Shown here: in pieces, positions 18,104-27,357 of the stretch | Numbering within the stretch: position 1 is the first letter of the stretch | Layout: every line of letters begins with the position of its first letter | NCBI GenBank assembly: GCA_039923855.1 | Contig: JBDTBW010000014.1 | Location: forward strand, 15,522-79,521 | Length of the DNA: 64,000 bases | Source: Rhodanobacteraceae bacterium | GTDB taxonomy: Bacteria; Pseudomonadota; Gammaproteobacteria; Xanthomonadales; Rhodanobacteraceae | Reading direction: 5' to 3' | Made by a program: the position numbers and the translations under genes | Notes under the pieces: generated by a model | Told to the model about the DNA's origin: nothing | Seen by the model: the letters and a program-made list of their open reading frames with translations, nothing else | Databases searched by the model: none

Positions 18104-19717
18104 TCAAAGATTCTGGTAATTCGGGCCGCTGCCACCTTCCGGCGTCACCCAGTCGATGATCTGATAGGGGTCCTTGATGTCGCAGGTTTTGCAGTGCACA
18201 CAGTTGGCGGCGTTGATCTGCAGGCGTTTGCCGGCCGCGTCGTCGACGATTTCGTAGACGGACGCCGGGCAAAAGCGCGTGCACGGATTGGCGTATTCGC
18301 GGGTGCAACGATCGATGCAGATATTGGTGTCGCGCACATGCAGATGCACCGGTTGATCTTCGTCATATTCGGTGGCGGCGAAATACACGCCAGCCAGACG
18401 ATCGCGCGGCGGCAGATCGCGTTGCGCGTAGTCGCCCTGCTTGTAATCACTAGCGGGTGATTCGTAACCATCGAGCGTGCGCAGCGACGACCAGTCGGCG
18501 TGGTTCTTCAACGTCCATGGTGACAGGCCCGCGCTCGCGGTCTCCCACGCGGCGTTGGCGAGTCCGCGCCACAATCCGCCGTGGAAGCCGGGCCGGATAT
18601 TGCGCACCTTTTTCAGTTCCGCCATCACCGGCGAGGCGCGCAATTTCGCGTCGAAACCCAGCGCGGATTTCGCCTGCGCGTAATGTTCAGCGGCGAGCAT
18701 CCCGGAACGCATCGCCTGATGCGTGCCCTTGATCTTGGGCACGTTGAGCAATCCCGCCGTATCGCCGATCAAGATCGCGCCGGGCATTTCGACTTTGGGA
18801 AGCGATTGCCAGCCGCCCTCGACCAGCGCGCGCGCACCGGCCGAAAGGATCGTGCCGCCTTCCAGCAGTGGCTTGATCGCCGCATGCTGTTTCAGTTGCT
18901 GGAACGCTTCCCACGGTTTGAACATCGGAGCGATGTAGTCCAATCCCGCGACGAAACCGATCGCGACGCGATCCTTGTCGAGGTGATAGAGGAAACTGCC
19001 GCCGTAGGTTTTGTCGTCCAGTGGCCAGCCGATGGTGTGGGTGATCTTGCCCGGTTGCGTGCGCCCCGCCGGCACAGACCACAGTTCCTTGAGGCCGATG
19101 CCATAGGTTTGCGGATCGCAATCCTTGTCCAGCGCGAATTTCGCGATCAATGTTTTGGTGATATTGCCGCGGCAGCCTTCGGCCAGCACGGTGAGCCTGG
19201 CGTGGATGTCGATGCCCTGCGTGTAGTCCGGTTTGTGCGAGCCGTCTTTCGCCACGCCCATGTCGCCGATGCGCACGCCACGCACGCCGCCGGCATCGTC
19301 GAACACCGCTTCCGCGGCGGCATAGCCGGGGAACACATCCACACCCAGCGCCTCGGCCTGCGGCGCCAACCACGCGCACAGCGCGCCCAGCGAGACGATG
19401 AAGTTCCCCTTGTTGTACATCTGCGGCGGCGTCGGCAATGTTGTCGAATGTTGCGCGTCGCGCAGCAGCAGGAACTCATCGTGGCTCGCCGGCACGCAGA
19501 TCGGCGGCGGCTGGTCGCGCCAGCCCGGCAGCAGTTCGTCCAATGGCGCGGGTTCGATCACCGCGCCGGACAGGATTTGCGCGCCGATTGTCGATGCTTT
19601 CTCCAGCACGCACACCCGCGCGTCGGCCTGCAATTGTTTCAGGCGGATCGCGAACGCGAGCCCGGCCGGGCCGGCGCCGACCACGACCACGTCGTATTCC
19701 ATCACTTCGCGTTGCAT
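18104..19717 (-). CDS. Electron transfer flavoprotein-ubiquinone oxidoreductase
   Basis: YDVVVVGAGPAGLA FAD motif and C-terminal 4Fe-4S CPASVYE...CVHCKTCDIKDP. Start taken at the ATG at 19717 (MQREVMEYD...). Confidence 0.9.
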   Translation of the reverse strand: MQREVMEYDVVVVGAGPAGLAFAIRLKQLQADARVCVLEKASTIGAQILSGAVIEPAPLDELLPGWRDQPPPICVPASHDEFLLLRDAQHSTTLPTPPQMYNKGNFIVSLGALCAWLAPQAEALGVDVFPGYAAAEAVFDDAGGVRGVRIGDMGVAKDGSHKPDYTQGIDIHARLTVLAEGCRGNITKTLIAKFALDKDCDPQTYGIGLKELWSVPAGRTQPGKITHTIGWPLDDKTYGGSFLYHLDKDRVAIGFVAGLDYIAPMFKPWEAFQQLKQHAAIKPLLEGGTILSAGARALVEGGWQSLPKVEMPGAILIGDTAGLLNVPKIKGTHQAMRSGMLAAEHYAQAKSALGFDAKLRASPVMAELKKVRNIRPGFHGGLWRGLANAAWETASAGLSPWTLKNHADWSSLRTLDGYESPASDYKQGDYAQRDLPPRDRLAGVYFAATEYDEDQPVHLHVRDTNICIDRCTREYANPCTRFCPASVYEIVDDAAGKRLQINAANCVHCKTCDIKDPYQIIDWVTPEGGSGPNYQNL

Positions 19718-19809
19718 AAAGGCTGCTTCATAACGGCGACTGGGGAATTGTGCGTGTTCATCATCGCCCCGGCAATGCAATAATCCCGCACATACCCGGG
19801 GAAGGTACG

Positions 19810-21201
19810 ATGGAGACAACCGAAACACCACTTGCCGCGCCGGCGTTGCGCGGCGCCGGACTGTGCCAGACCCTGCATTGGCTGGCGGCCGGCCGCGTGA
19901 GCTCGCGCGAATTGAGCGAGATCCATCTCGAGGCGATTGCGCGGCTCGATCCCGCGCTGCATTGCTATCTCGACCTGCGCCCTGAGTTGGTGCGCGAGCA
20001 GGCCGATGCTGCGGAGCGCCGCCGCCGCGAGGGTCCGCTCCGCCGGCTGGATGGCATTCCGGTCGCGATCAAGGACAATTTCGATGTCGCAGGATTGCCG
20101 ACGACCGCGGGACTGATTTCCCGCAAGCAACACATCGCGCAGCACGACGCGCACGTGGTCGCGCGCTTGCGCGCGGCGGGCGCGGTGCTGATCGGCAAAA
20201 CCAATCTCGACGAAGGGGCGCTGGGCGCGGTCACCAATAATCCGCATTTCGGCGCGACCCACAATCCGCATCGGCACGGTTACAGCGCCGGCGGTTCGTC
20301 CGGCGGTTCCGCGGCCGCGGTGGCGGCCGGGTTGGCGACCGCAGCGCTCGGTTCCGATACGCTGGGTTCGGTGCGCATTCCGGCCAGTTATTGCGGCGTG
20401 TGCGCGTTGAAACCCACCCATGGCGAGATTTCCACGCGCGGGTTGGTACCCGCGGCAAGACGGCTGGACGCGGTGGGGATTCTCGCGCGCGAAGTCGGCG
20501 ATCTCACCGTGCTGTTGCACGTGCTGGCCGGCTACGACGCCGACGACCCGCGCTCGCGTCGCCGCCGCGTCGCGCTCTCTCCGCCGGATTGGGAGCCGGG
20601 CGCGCTGCGCGCGGGGTTGTTGCCCGATCTCGCCGCGATCGGCGTGCAGCCCGAGGTGGTAGCGGTGTTCGAAGCGGCGCTCGCCAAACTCGAACACGAA
20701 TTGGGGGATCGGCGCGCGCTGGATTTTTCCGACTGGCCGTGGCCAAGCATGCGCCGCGCCGGATTGTTGTTGATGGAAGCGGAGATGCGTCGAACTTTCG
20801 CCGATGATCTCGCTGCGGTATCTCCGGATTCCCGAGCGATGCTCGATTACGCCGCGCGCAAATCCGCCAGCGATTATGTAATTGCCGACCGCGCCATCGA
20901 TTTCGCGGTGTTGAAGGCGCGCCGGGTGTTCGCGCAGATCGACGTGCTGGTGACGCCGACCACGCCGCAAGGCGCGTTTCCACTGGACGCCAAGGCCCCG
21001 GATTCGCAGGCGGATCTCACCGCGTTCGCGAGTCTTTCCAGTTGCCCGGCGGTCTGCATCCCGATGGGCGCGCTGCCGGATGGAATGCCGATCGGGATGC
21101 AATTCGTCGGCGCGCCCGGCTCCGATCTGCGGCTGCTGGAACTGGCGGAAGTGTGCGCGTCCGCGCTGGATGCGGCGCCGCGTTATCCAGTGCGGGAGTA
21201 A
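19810..21201 (+). CDS. Amidase-signature family enzyme
   Basis: GGSSGGSAAAVAAG amidase signature; about 463 aa from METTETPL. The 19750 start is also possible. Confidence 0.85.
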   Translation: METTETPLAAPALRGAGLCQTLHWLAAGRVSSRELSEIHLEAIARLDPALHCYLDLRPELVREQADAAERRRREGPLRRLDGIPVAIKDNFDVAGLPTTAGLISRKQHIAQHDAHVVARLRAAGAVLIGKTNLDEGALGAVTNNPHFGATHNPHRHGYSAGGSSGGSAAAVAAGLATAALGSDTLGSVRIPASYCGVCALKPTHGEISTRGLVPAARRLDAVGILAREVGDLTVLLHVLAGYDADDPRSRRRRVALSPPDWEPGALRAGLLPDLAAIGVQPEVVAVFEAALAKLEHELGDRRALDFSDWPWPSMRRAGLLLMEAEMRRTFADDLAAVSPDSRAMLDYAARKSASDYVIADRAIDFAVLKARRVFAQIDVLVTPTTPQGAFPLDAKAPDSQADLTAFASLSSCPAVCIPMGALPDGMPIGMQFVGAPGSDLRLLELAEVCASALDAAPRYPVRE

Positions 21202-21229
21202 AACGCGCGCGTGGCGATCGGCGCGCGGA

Positions 21230-21895
21230 TCACTCCGACGTTCCGGCGGATTGCTCCGCGGGCGTTTGTGTCTGCCAATCCCGCTGCGCCTCGCCGAGCG
21301 TCCACGCGACGACTTGCGCGTCCAGTTGGTCGGCTGCCGCGCCGAACGCCTGCACCACTTGCGGCACCGTGACGCCGGAAGGCGCTTGCGTGACCTCGAA
21401 CGTGCGCGCGGCGAACAGGCGGCGCGAACCGCCGCGGCGCAATTGCGCGTCGTAACGGATCACCACCACCGGCGCGCCGTTGCGGTACTCGGACTGGAAC
21501 GCGCGCAGATCGCCGTCCAGCACGTAATCGCCGTGCAGCGAGTCATCCTCGCTGGTGACCGCCGACAGACGATGGCTGGCGAGGAAGGCATCGACCAGCC
21601 GCTGGCGCAGTAGTACCGGCACGCTGTCGCTCCAGCGCGCGCCCGTGTAAACCGTGATCCGGCCGGGCTCGGGCATCACCACGATGCCCGCGCCGGCGAG
21701 CATGCCGGTGGCCTCCGGCGTGTCAACCCGCAGTTGCCAGGGCAACGGTTGCGCATTGGCGTCGCTGTTTTGCGGCACCACGGTTGCCGATCCCGGCAGC
21801 ACGTAGATGTTCGGGCTTTCGTTGGGCGGCAGGATCCCGCAACTCGAAAGTGCCAGCGCAACGACGAGGCCGAAGGAACGTTGTCGATTGAACAT
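21230..21895 (-). CDS. ABC-type transport auxiliary lipoprotein (PqiC/YmbA-like, DUF330)
   Basis: MFNRQRSFGLVVALALSSCG lipobox from the ATG at 21895. It sits directly downstream of the MCE gene. Confidence 0.7.
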   Translation of the reverse strand: MFNRQRSFGLVVALALSSCGILPPNESPNIYVLPGSATVVPQNSDANAQPLPWQLRVDTPEATGMLAGAGIVVMPEPGRITVYTGARWSDSVPVLLRQRLVDAFLASHRLSAVTSEDDSLHGDYVLDGDLRAFQSEYRNGAPVVVIRYDAQLRRGGSRRLFAARTFEVTQAPSGVTVPQVVQAFGAAADQLDAQVVAWTLGEAQRDWQTQTPAEQSAGTSE

Positions 21896-22039
21896 GAAAG
21901 TTGTCTCGTCTTCAAAGTTCGTTCGTGGTGAGGTATCGAACCACGAATACATGCGGATGATCGTACTTCGATACCTAAGAGCCTGCCCCGGACTTGATCC
22001 GGGGACGAACAGAGTGAAAAATGTGGATGCCATCCGCGA

Positions 22040-22972
22040 TCATTTTCCTTTCCCCGGATCGAAGGTCTTCGGCTTGTCGCGCCCCAGGATGTAACCCGCC
22101 GGATTGCCCTGCAGCTTGTCGGTCAACGCGCGCACGTCGCGCAGCGTGCTGCGCAATTCGCGCAGGGCGGGGCCGAGTTCGGAAACGCCCTGCAAACCCG
22201 ATTGCAGCGAGCCGCGGTTCTCGGCCAGCAACTTGTCCAGCGTTTCCGACGTGCGTTGCAGGGACGCCATCGCCGCGCGCGCGCTGTCAAGCGTGGCCTT
22301 GCCCTGATTGTTGACCAGCGCGTTGGTGCTGTGCAGGGTGTCGTTCAATTGCTTGGCAGCCGCGGCCGCCTGTTGCAGCAGGCTGCGGATGTCGCCGCGC
22401 TCGTCCGCCAGCGCCGCGGTGGTCTGATCCAGATGATCCAGCGTTCGGTTGATCCGGCCGATGTTGTCCTGCGACACGATCTGGCCGACACGGTCGAGGA
22501 TGCCGTTCAAGCTGGTCACGATGTCCTCGCCGGAGGACAGGAGTTTCGAGAGCGCGGAATATTCGGCGGGGATCACCGGCACCGGATTGTCGGTCGTGGG
22601 CAGCAGCGGAGTGCTGCCGGGCTTGCCGCCGGTCAACTGGATGTAGGCCACGCCGGTCAGGCCCAGCAGACCAAGCTTGGCGCGCGTGTCGATTTTCACC
22701 GGTGTATCGGCGCCCACGCGAATGCGCGCCAGCACCTTGCGCGGATCGCGCCGGTCGAGTTTCAGATCGCTGACCTCGCCAACCTGGATGCCGTTGTATT
22801 GCACCTGCCCACCCTTGGAGAGTCCGGTCACCGATTCGGCGAACACGATGTCGTAATAGTGATACTGCTTGCTGACGCTGGTCTTGGCCAGCCACAACGC
22901 GAACAGCACGGCGGCCGCGATCACGATGAGCGTGAACGCGCCGATCAATACGTGGTGGGCTCGTGTTTCCAT
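22040..22972 (-). CDS. MlaD/MCE-domain protein
   Basis: N-terminal TM helix, then VTGLSKGGQVQYNGIQVGEVSDL (MCE core), then a long helical C-terminus. Confidence 0.85.
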   Translation of the reverse strand: METRAHHVLIGAFTLIVIAAAVLFALWLAKTSVSKQYHYYDIVFAESVTGLSKGGQVQYNGIQVGEVSDLKLDRRDPRKVLARIRVGADTPVKIDTRAKLGLLGLTGVAYIQLTGGKPGSTPLLPTTDNPVPVIPAEYSALSKLLSSGEDIVTSLNGILDRVGQIVSQDNIGRINRTLDHLDQTTAALADERGDIRSLLQQAAAAAKQLNDTLHSTNALVNNQGKATLDSARAAMASLQRTSETLDKLLAENRGSLQSGLQGVSELGPALRELRSTLRDVRALTDKLQGNPAGYILGRDKPKTFDPGKGK

Positions 22973-22986
22973 TCTCGCTTCCTATG

Positions 22987-23805
22987 CTATCCGCTCGCCG
23001 CATCCGCGTGCGCGCTTTCCGCGGCGCGTCCGCGCGGACCCTGAAAATAATCGCGCACCCACGGATCGTCGAAACGCTCCACGTTTTCCAGCGTATCGAC
23101 CACGATCACCCGCTTGTGCGCCAGTACCGCGACGCGGTCGCAGATGGTGTGCAGCGAATCCAGATCGTGGGTGTTCATCAGCACGGTGAGACCCAGCGCG
23201 TCGCGCAGTGTCTTGATCAAGGTGTCGAACGACGCCGCCGCGATCGGATCGAGACCCGAGGTCGGTTCGTCCAGGAACAGGATTTCCGGGTCCAGCGCCA
23301 GCGCACGCGCCAGGGCGGCGCGCTTGCGCATGCCGCCTGACAACTCTGATGGATATTTGTGCCGCACGTCCGCGGGCAGATCAGCCAGCGCGACCTTCAG
23401 CGCGGCCACCCGCTGGGCGTCGCGGAACGACAATTTCGTGTGTTCGAGCAATGGCACGCGCACGTTTTCCGCGACGGTGAGCGAGGAGAAAAGCGCGCCA
23501 TCCTGGAACAGCACGCCGAAGCGTTGCTCGATCGCCACGCGATCCTTCTCGTCCAGCGCGTGCAGATCCTTGCCGAACACCCGGATGGTGCCCGCGTCGG
23601 GGCGGCGCAGGCCGAGGGTTTCGCGCATCAGCACCGATTTGCCGGTGCCGGAACCGCCAACGACGCCGAGGATTTCACCGCGGTAAACATCCAGATCGAG
23701 ATTCTCGTGCACCACTTGATCGCCGAACTGCGAACGCAGCCCGCGCACCTCGATCACCACCTCGTGATCGCTATCCTTCGCGCGTTCGTTGACGGCCGCG
23801 TTCAC
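22987..23805 (-). CDS. ABC transporter ATP-binding protein (MlaF-like)
   Basis: Walker A GGSGTGKS, signature LSGGMRKR, Walker B ILFLDEPTSGLD. The GTG start at 23805 overlaps the permease stop (GTGA). The 644-aa ORF-track extension is a shadow over the permease gene. Confidence 0.9.
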   Translation of the reverse strand: MNAAVNERAKDSDHEVVIEVRGLRSQFGDQVVHENLDLDVYRGEILGVVGGSGTGKSVLMRETLGLRRPDAGTIRVFGKDLHALDEKDRVAIEQRFGVLFQDGALFSSLTVAENVRVPLLEHTKLSFRDAQRVAALKVALADLPADVRHKYPSELSGGMRKRAALARALALDPEILFLDEPTSGLDPIAAASFDTLIKTLRDALGLTVLMNTHDLDSLHTICDRVAVLAHKRVIVVDTLENVERFDDPWVRDYFQGPRGRAAESAHADAASG

Positions 23806-24980
23806 CAGCCCATCTCCACGAAGAACAGCGCGGCCATCGCGTCGATCAGGATCACCACGAAGATCGATTGCACCACGCTCGAGGTCGTGCGTTGCCCGAC
23901 CGATTCGGCGCTGCCTTCGACCTTGAAGCCCTCGAGACAGCCGATCACCGCGATCAGGAATGCGAACAGCGGCGCCTTGCCGATGCCGACCCAGAAATGC
24001 CGCATGCCGATGTCGGCCTGGAACGTGGACAGGAACATCGTCGGCGAGATGTCGAGAGATCCCCAGCACACCAGGCCGCCGCCCAGCAGGCCCGCCATCA
24101 TCGACAGAAAAGTCAGCAGCGGCATCACCGCGATCAACGCCAGTACCCGCGGCAGCACCAGCAGTTCGACCGGATCCAGACCCATCGTGCGCATCGCGTC
24201 GATTTCCTCGCCGACTTTCATCGAACCGATCTGCGCGGTGAAGGCGCTGGCGGTGCGGCCGGCCAGCAGGATCGCGGTGAGCAGCACGCCGAACTCGCGC
24301 AGGAACGAATAGCCCACCAGATCCACGGTGAAAACGGTCGCGCCGAACTGGCGCAGCGCGGTCGCGCCGAGAAAAGCGATCACCGCGCCGACCAGAAACG
24401 ACAGCAACACCACGATGGGCACCGCGTCCAGACCCGTCTGTTCCATATGGTAGAACAGCGACGTTACGCGCCAGCGCTTGGGCACGAACACGGTGCGCGC
24501 GAAGGTTTCCAGGGTCAGCCCGATAAAACCGAGCAATCCGAGCGCCAGCTGCCAGACGTGTTCCACGCCCACGCCGATGCGATCCAGCAGATCGACGAAT
24601 CCGAAATTGCGTTTGGGCGGCTCCGGATGCGCGAAGATTTCCGCGACCGCCTCGCTCACCGTGTCGAGCAACGCGCGCAGCTCGCGCGGCACATCGCGAT
24701 CGTGCTCGGCCAGCCATTGCAGGGATTCGGGGCCCAGCGCCACCGCGATCAGACCGGCTCCCGCGGTGTCGATGCGTCCGACATCGTTGAAATCGACGTC
24801 CGGACGCTTCGGCAAATCCGGTTTGATCGCGCCGAGCGTGGCCTCGAGCTCGGCGAAATGTGCCAGGGTCCAGTCGCCGGTGAAGCGCAACACCGGTTCG
24901 GCATTGCCCTCGCGCACCCATTCCGCGTTGCCAGCTTTTGACCCGCCCTGTTCCATGTCCGCAAAAGTACCAGCTTCCAA
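23802..24980 (-). CDS. MlaE-family ABC permease with an N-terminal STAS-like (MlaB-like) domain
   Basis: The C-terminal 260 aa is typical of MlaE (GRTASAFTAQIGSMKVGEEIDAMRTMG). The N-terminal ~110 aa (LRFTGDWTLAHFAELE...VGRIDTAGAGLI) looks like STAS. The exact start is uncertain. Confidence 0.85.
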   Translation of the reverse strand: MEAGTFADMEQGGSKAGNAEWVREGNAEPVLRFTGDWTLAHFAELEATLGAIKPDLPKRPDVDFNDVGRIDTAGAGLIAVALGPESLQWLAEHDRDVPRELRALLDTVSEAVAEIFAHPEPPKRNFGFVDLLDRIGVGVEHVWQLALGLLGFIGLTLETFARTVFVPKRWRVTSLFYHMEQTGLDAVPIVVLLSFLVGAVIAFLGATALRQFGATVFTVDLVGYSFLREFGVLLTAILLAGRTASAFTAQIGSMKVGEEIDAMRTMGLDPVELLVLPRVLALIAVMPLLTFLSMMAGLLGGGLVCWGSLDISPTMFLSTFQADIGMRHFWVGIGKAPLFAFLIAVIGCLEGFKVEGSAESVGQRTTSSVVQSIFVVILIDAMAALFFVEMGW

Positions 24981-25066
24981 TGGCGACGGCGCGTTATTCC
25001 TGTGTCATTTGGAGCATCGTGCCGGTGCGGCGATAATGCGGGACTGCCTCATCGATCCGCAAACTC

Positions 25067-26167
25067 ATGTCGAAACACACCATCTTGAATGCGACCCACC
25101 GCGCCGCCGGCGCCAGAATGGTGGACTTCGGCGGTTGGGACATGCCGCTCCATTACGGTTCGCAGATCGAGGAGCACCACGCGGTGCGCCGCGACGCCGG
25201 CATGTTCGATGTCTCGCACATGACCGTGGTCGATTTGCATGGCGCGCGCTGCCGCGATTTTCTGCGACTTCTGCTGGCCAACAATGTCGACAAGTTGAAG
25301 ACGCCCGGCAAGGCGCTGTACTCGTGCATGTTGAACGAGCGCGGCGGCGTGATCGACGATCTGATCGCATATTTCCTGGCCGCGGATTTTTTCCGCTTGA
25401 TAGTTAATGCGGCCACGCGCGAAAAGGATCTGGCATGGATCAATGCGCAAGCCGGGGCGTTCGGCGTCGCTGTCAAGGAGCGCGCGGAGCTCGCGATGAT
25501 CGCGGTGCAGGGCCCGAACGCGCGCGGCAAGGTGTTATCGCTCATGTCCGGCGAATCGCGCGATCGTGTTGCGGGCTTGGGTAAATTCGCCGCCTGCGCT
25601 GCGCAAGGCCCGGGTGGGATGGAGTTGTTCGTGGCGCGCACCGGCTATACCGGCGAGGACGGTTTCGAAATCATCGTGCCCGAATCGAACGCGGCGGGGC
25701 TGTGGAATGCGCTGGCCGAGGCAGGTGTCGCGCCGGCGGGCCTGGGTGCGCGCGACACGTTGCGGCTGGAGGCCGGCATGAATCTCTATGGTCAGGACAT
25801 GGACGAAAACGCCACGCCGTGGGAAGCGGGACTGGCGTGGACGGTCGCGCTGGATGCGGATCGCGATTTCATCGGTCGCGCCGCGCTTGAAAAACAAAAA
25901 GGCGACGGCGTGCCGCGCGAACTGGTCGGCGTGGCACTGGATGGCAAGGGCGTGTTGCGGCACGGCCAGCGCGTACTCACGGAGCGCGGTGATGGAGAAA
26001 TCCTGTCCGGCATTTTTTCGCCCACGCTCGGCAAGTCGATCGCGTTCGCGCGGGTACCGGTTGGCGCGAAGGAAAACCTGCGTGTGGACATGCGTGGCCG
26101 CGAGTTGCCGTTGCGGGCGGTGAAATACCCGTTTGTCCGCGATGGTAAAGCTTGTGATGGCATGTAG
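25067..26167 (+). CDS. gcvT: Glycine cleavage system aminomethyltransferase (T protein)
   Basis: [52 protein letters not shown] is a canonical GcvT N-terminus. Confidence 0.95.
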   Translation: MSKHTILNATHRAAGARMVDFGGWDMPLHYGSQIEEHHAVRRDAGMFDVSHMTVVDLHGARCRDFLRLLLANNVDKLKTPGKALYSCMLNERGGVIDDLIAYFLAADFFRLIVNAATREKDLAWINAQAGAFGVAVKERAELAMIAVQGPNARGKVLSLMSGESRDRVAGLGKFAACAAQGPGGMELFVARTGYTGEDGFEIIVPESNAAGLWNALAEAGVAPAGLGARDTLRLEAGMNLYGQDMDENATPWEAGLAWTVALDADRDFIGRAALEKQKGDGVPRELVGVALDGKGVLRHGQRVLTERGDGEILSGIFSPTLGKSIAFARVPVGAKENLRVDMRGRELPLRAVKYPFVRDGKACDGM

Positions 26168-26262
26168 ATTCCCTCCCCCAGCGGGGAAGGGGTGGGGTGG
26201 GGGTATTCCACCAATGGTGGCCGCAAGATCCCATCCCAGCCTTCCCCGCTGGGGGAAGGAAA
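26168..26262. repeat. Pair of inverted REP-like units between gcvT and gcvH
   Basis: CCCTCCCCCAGCGGGGAAGGGGTGGGGTGGGGG and, inverted, CCCATCCCAGCCTTCCCCGCTGGGGGAAGG. Together they can form a long hairpin. Confidence 0.8.
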
Positions 26263-26354
26263 CGATCCAGAACGGCGGCAGCGGCGCATTGTTTCTGCAT
26301 CGCGCGTTGCGGCTAGAATCGCGTTTCCGGAATACCGACAGCAGGATCGGACCC

Positions 26355-26756
26355 ATGAGCGAGATACCCGGCGATCTTAAATTCCTGAAGTCCCATGAAT
26401 GGGTGCGCGTCGAGGACGCCGAGCAGGTGCGCATCGGCGTTTCCGATCACGCGCAGAGCCAGCTCGGTGATCTGGTTTATGTCGAGCTGCCCAATGTTGG
26501 CGATCACGTCGAAGCCGGCAACGCCTGCGCGGTGGTGGAATCGGTCAAGGCGGCCTCCGACGTGTACGCGCCGGTCAGCGGCGAAGTGATTGCGGTCAAC
26601 GAGATACTTTCGGACAAGCCCGAGACCATCAACGAGGACGCCTATGGCGACGGCTGGCTGTTCTTGATCAAACCGGATGCCGAATTGAAGGATGAACTGG
26701 CCGAGTTGCTCGACCCGGATGATTACGCCGAGTTGATCGAGGGCGACGAGGACTGA
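26355..26756 (+). CDS. gcvH: Glycine cleavage system H protein
   Basis: [21 protein letters not shown]... and lipoyl-lysine motif [18 protein letters not shown]. The ORF-track start at 26133 reads through the REP pair. Confidence 0.95.
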   Translation: MSEIPGDLKFLKSHEWVRVEDAEQVRIGVSDHAQSQLGDLVYVELPNVGDHVEAGNACAVVESVKAASDVYAPVSGEVIAVNEILSDKPETINEDAYGDGWLFLIKPDAELKDELAELLDPDDYAELIEGDED

Positions 26757-27184
26757 TCGCCGCGATCGGGGTTCGAGAATCGGAAACCGGAAACCGGAAG
26801 TCGAGAGAAAATGACCGCGTCGCGCAACAGGAAATTTTTCCGTTGCGCATACGTCGATCGAATACTTCGCGCGCAAAACCGATCGGTGGAATTGCACTTC
26901 TTGTGGAGCGGTTCCGGATCGGACGGTGTGCCGCGGATGCGCGCAGCGGGACCAAACGGGCGTGCGCATCGACTCTTTTCCCGCCGCGCCGACAAAAACT
27001 TGCAGCTCGGGTTTTACCGCTGTTCAGTCGGATTCGAGGCGCCTCGAACGGCGAAGCGCGGCGTGCATTCGCGCGGCTTGTTGTTTATCACGAGCGGCAC
27101 GACAAGACATTTGTCACCCGCGTGAAAGCCATACAGGAAAAGGCTTACGTGATGACGCCATGATTTTTGCAAAGCAATTTATTT

Positions 27185-27200
27185 GGACGTCTATCCGTCC
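27185..27200. promoter_or_regulatory. Weak candidate tandem met boxes upstream of the metJ-like gene
   Basis: GGACGTCT (7/8 to AGACGTCT) immediately followed by ATCCGTCC (5/8). They lie about 160 nt upstream of the ATG at 27358. Confidence 0.25.
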
Positions 27201-27298
27201 GAACGATCCCGTGTGGTGCGCACGACAATTACTTCGAAATGTGTTTATGGTCGAGTGTCGGAGTTCGCGCAAGGTCTTCATCCGCCGCAAAAAAACGA

Positions 27299-27327
27299 TT
27301 GACAGCGCGTATTGACAGGAATAGTTT
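27299..27327 (+). promoter_or_regulatory. Candidate sigma70 promoter for the metJ-like gene
   Basis: TTGACA, 17-nt spacer, TAGTTT, about 30 nt upstream of the ATG. Pattern match only. Confidence 0.3.
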
Positions 27328-27357
27328 TTGCGCCCGACGACATGCGTCGAAGGAAAT

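Noticed and set aside
22987-24921. A 644-aa ORF suggesting one giant protein spanning the ATPase and permease genes.
   Set aside because: Only the C-terminal ~270 aa (from the GTG at 23805) is an ABC ATPase. The upstream part is an out-of-frame read over the MlaE gene with junk composition.
24981-25066. Possible glycine riboswitch upstream of gcvT.
   Set aside because: The 86-nt gap lacks the conserved GGAGAG...CACCGAAGGGGCAA-type cores and is too short for a tandem aptamer.
26757-27357. Small ORFs (26811..27125 +, 26843..27163 +, 27114..27377 -) in the 600-bp gap between gcvH and the metJ-like gene.
   Set aside because: They overlap one another in different frames, have no SD or family motifs, and have atypical composition. 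I treat the region as non-coding regulatory DNA.
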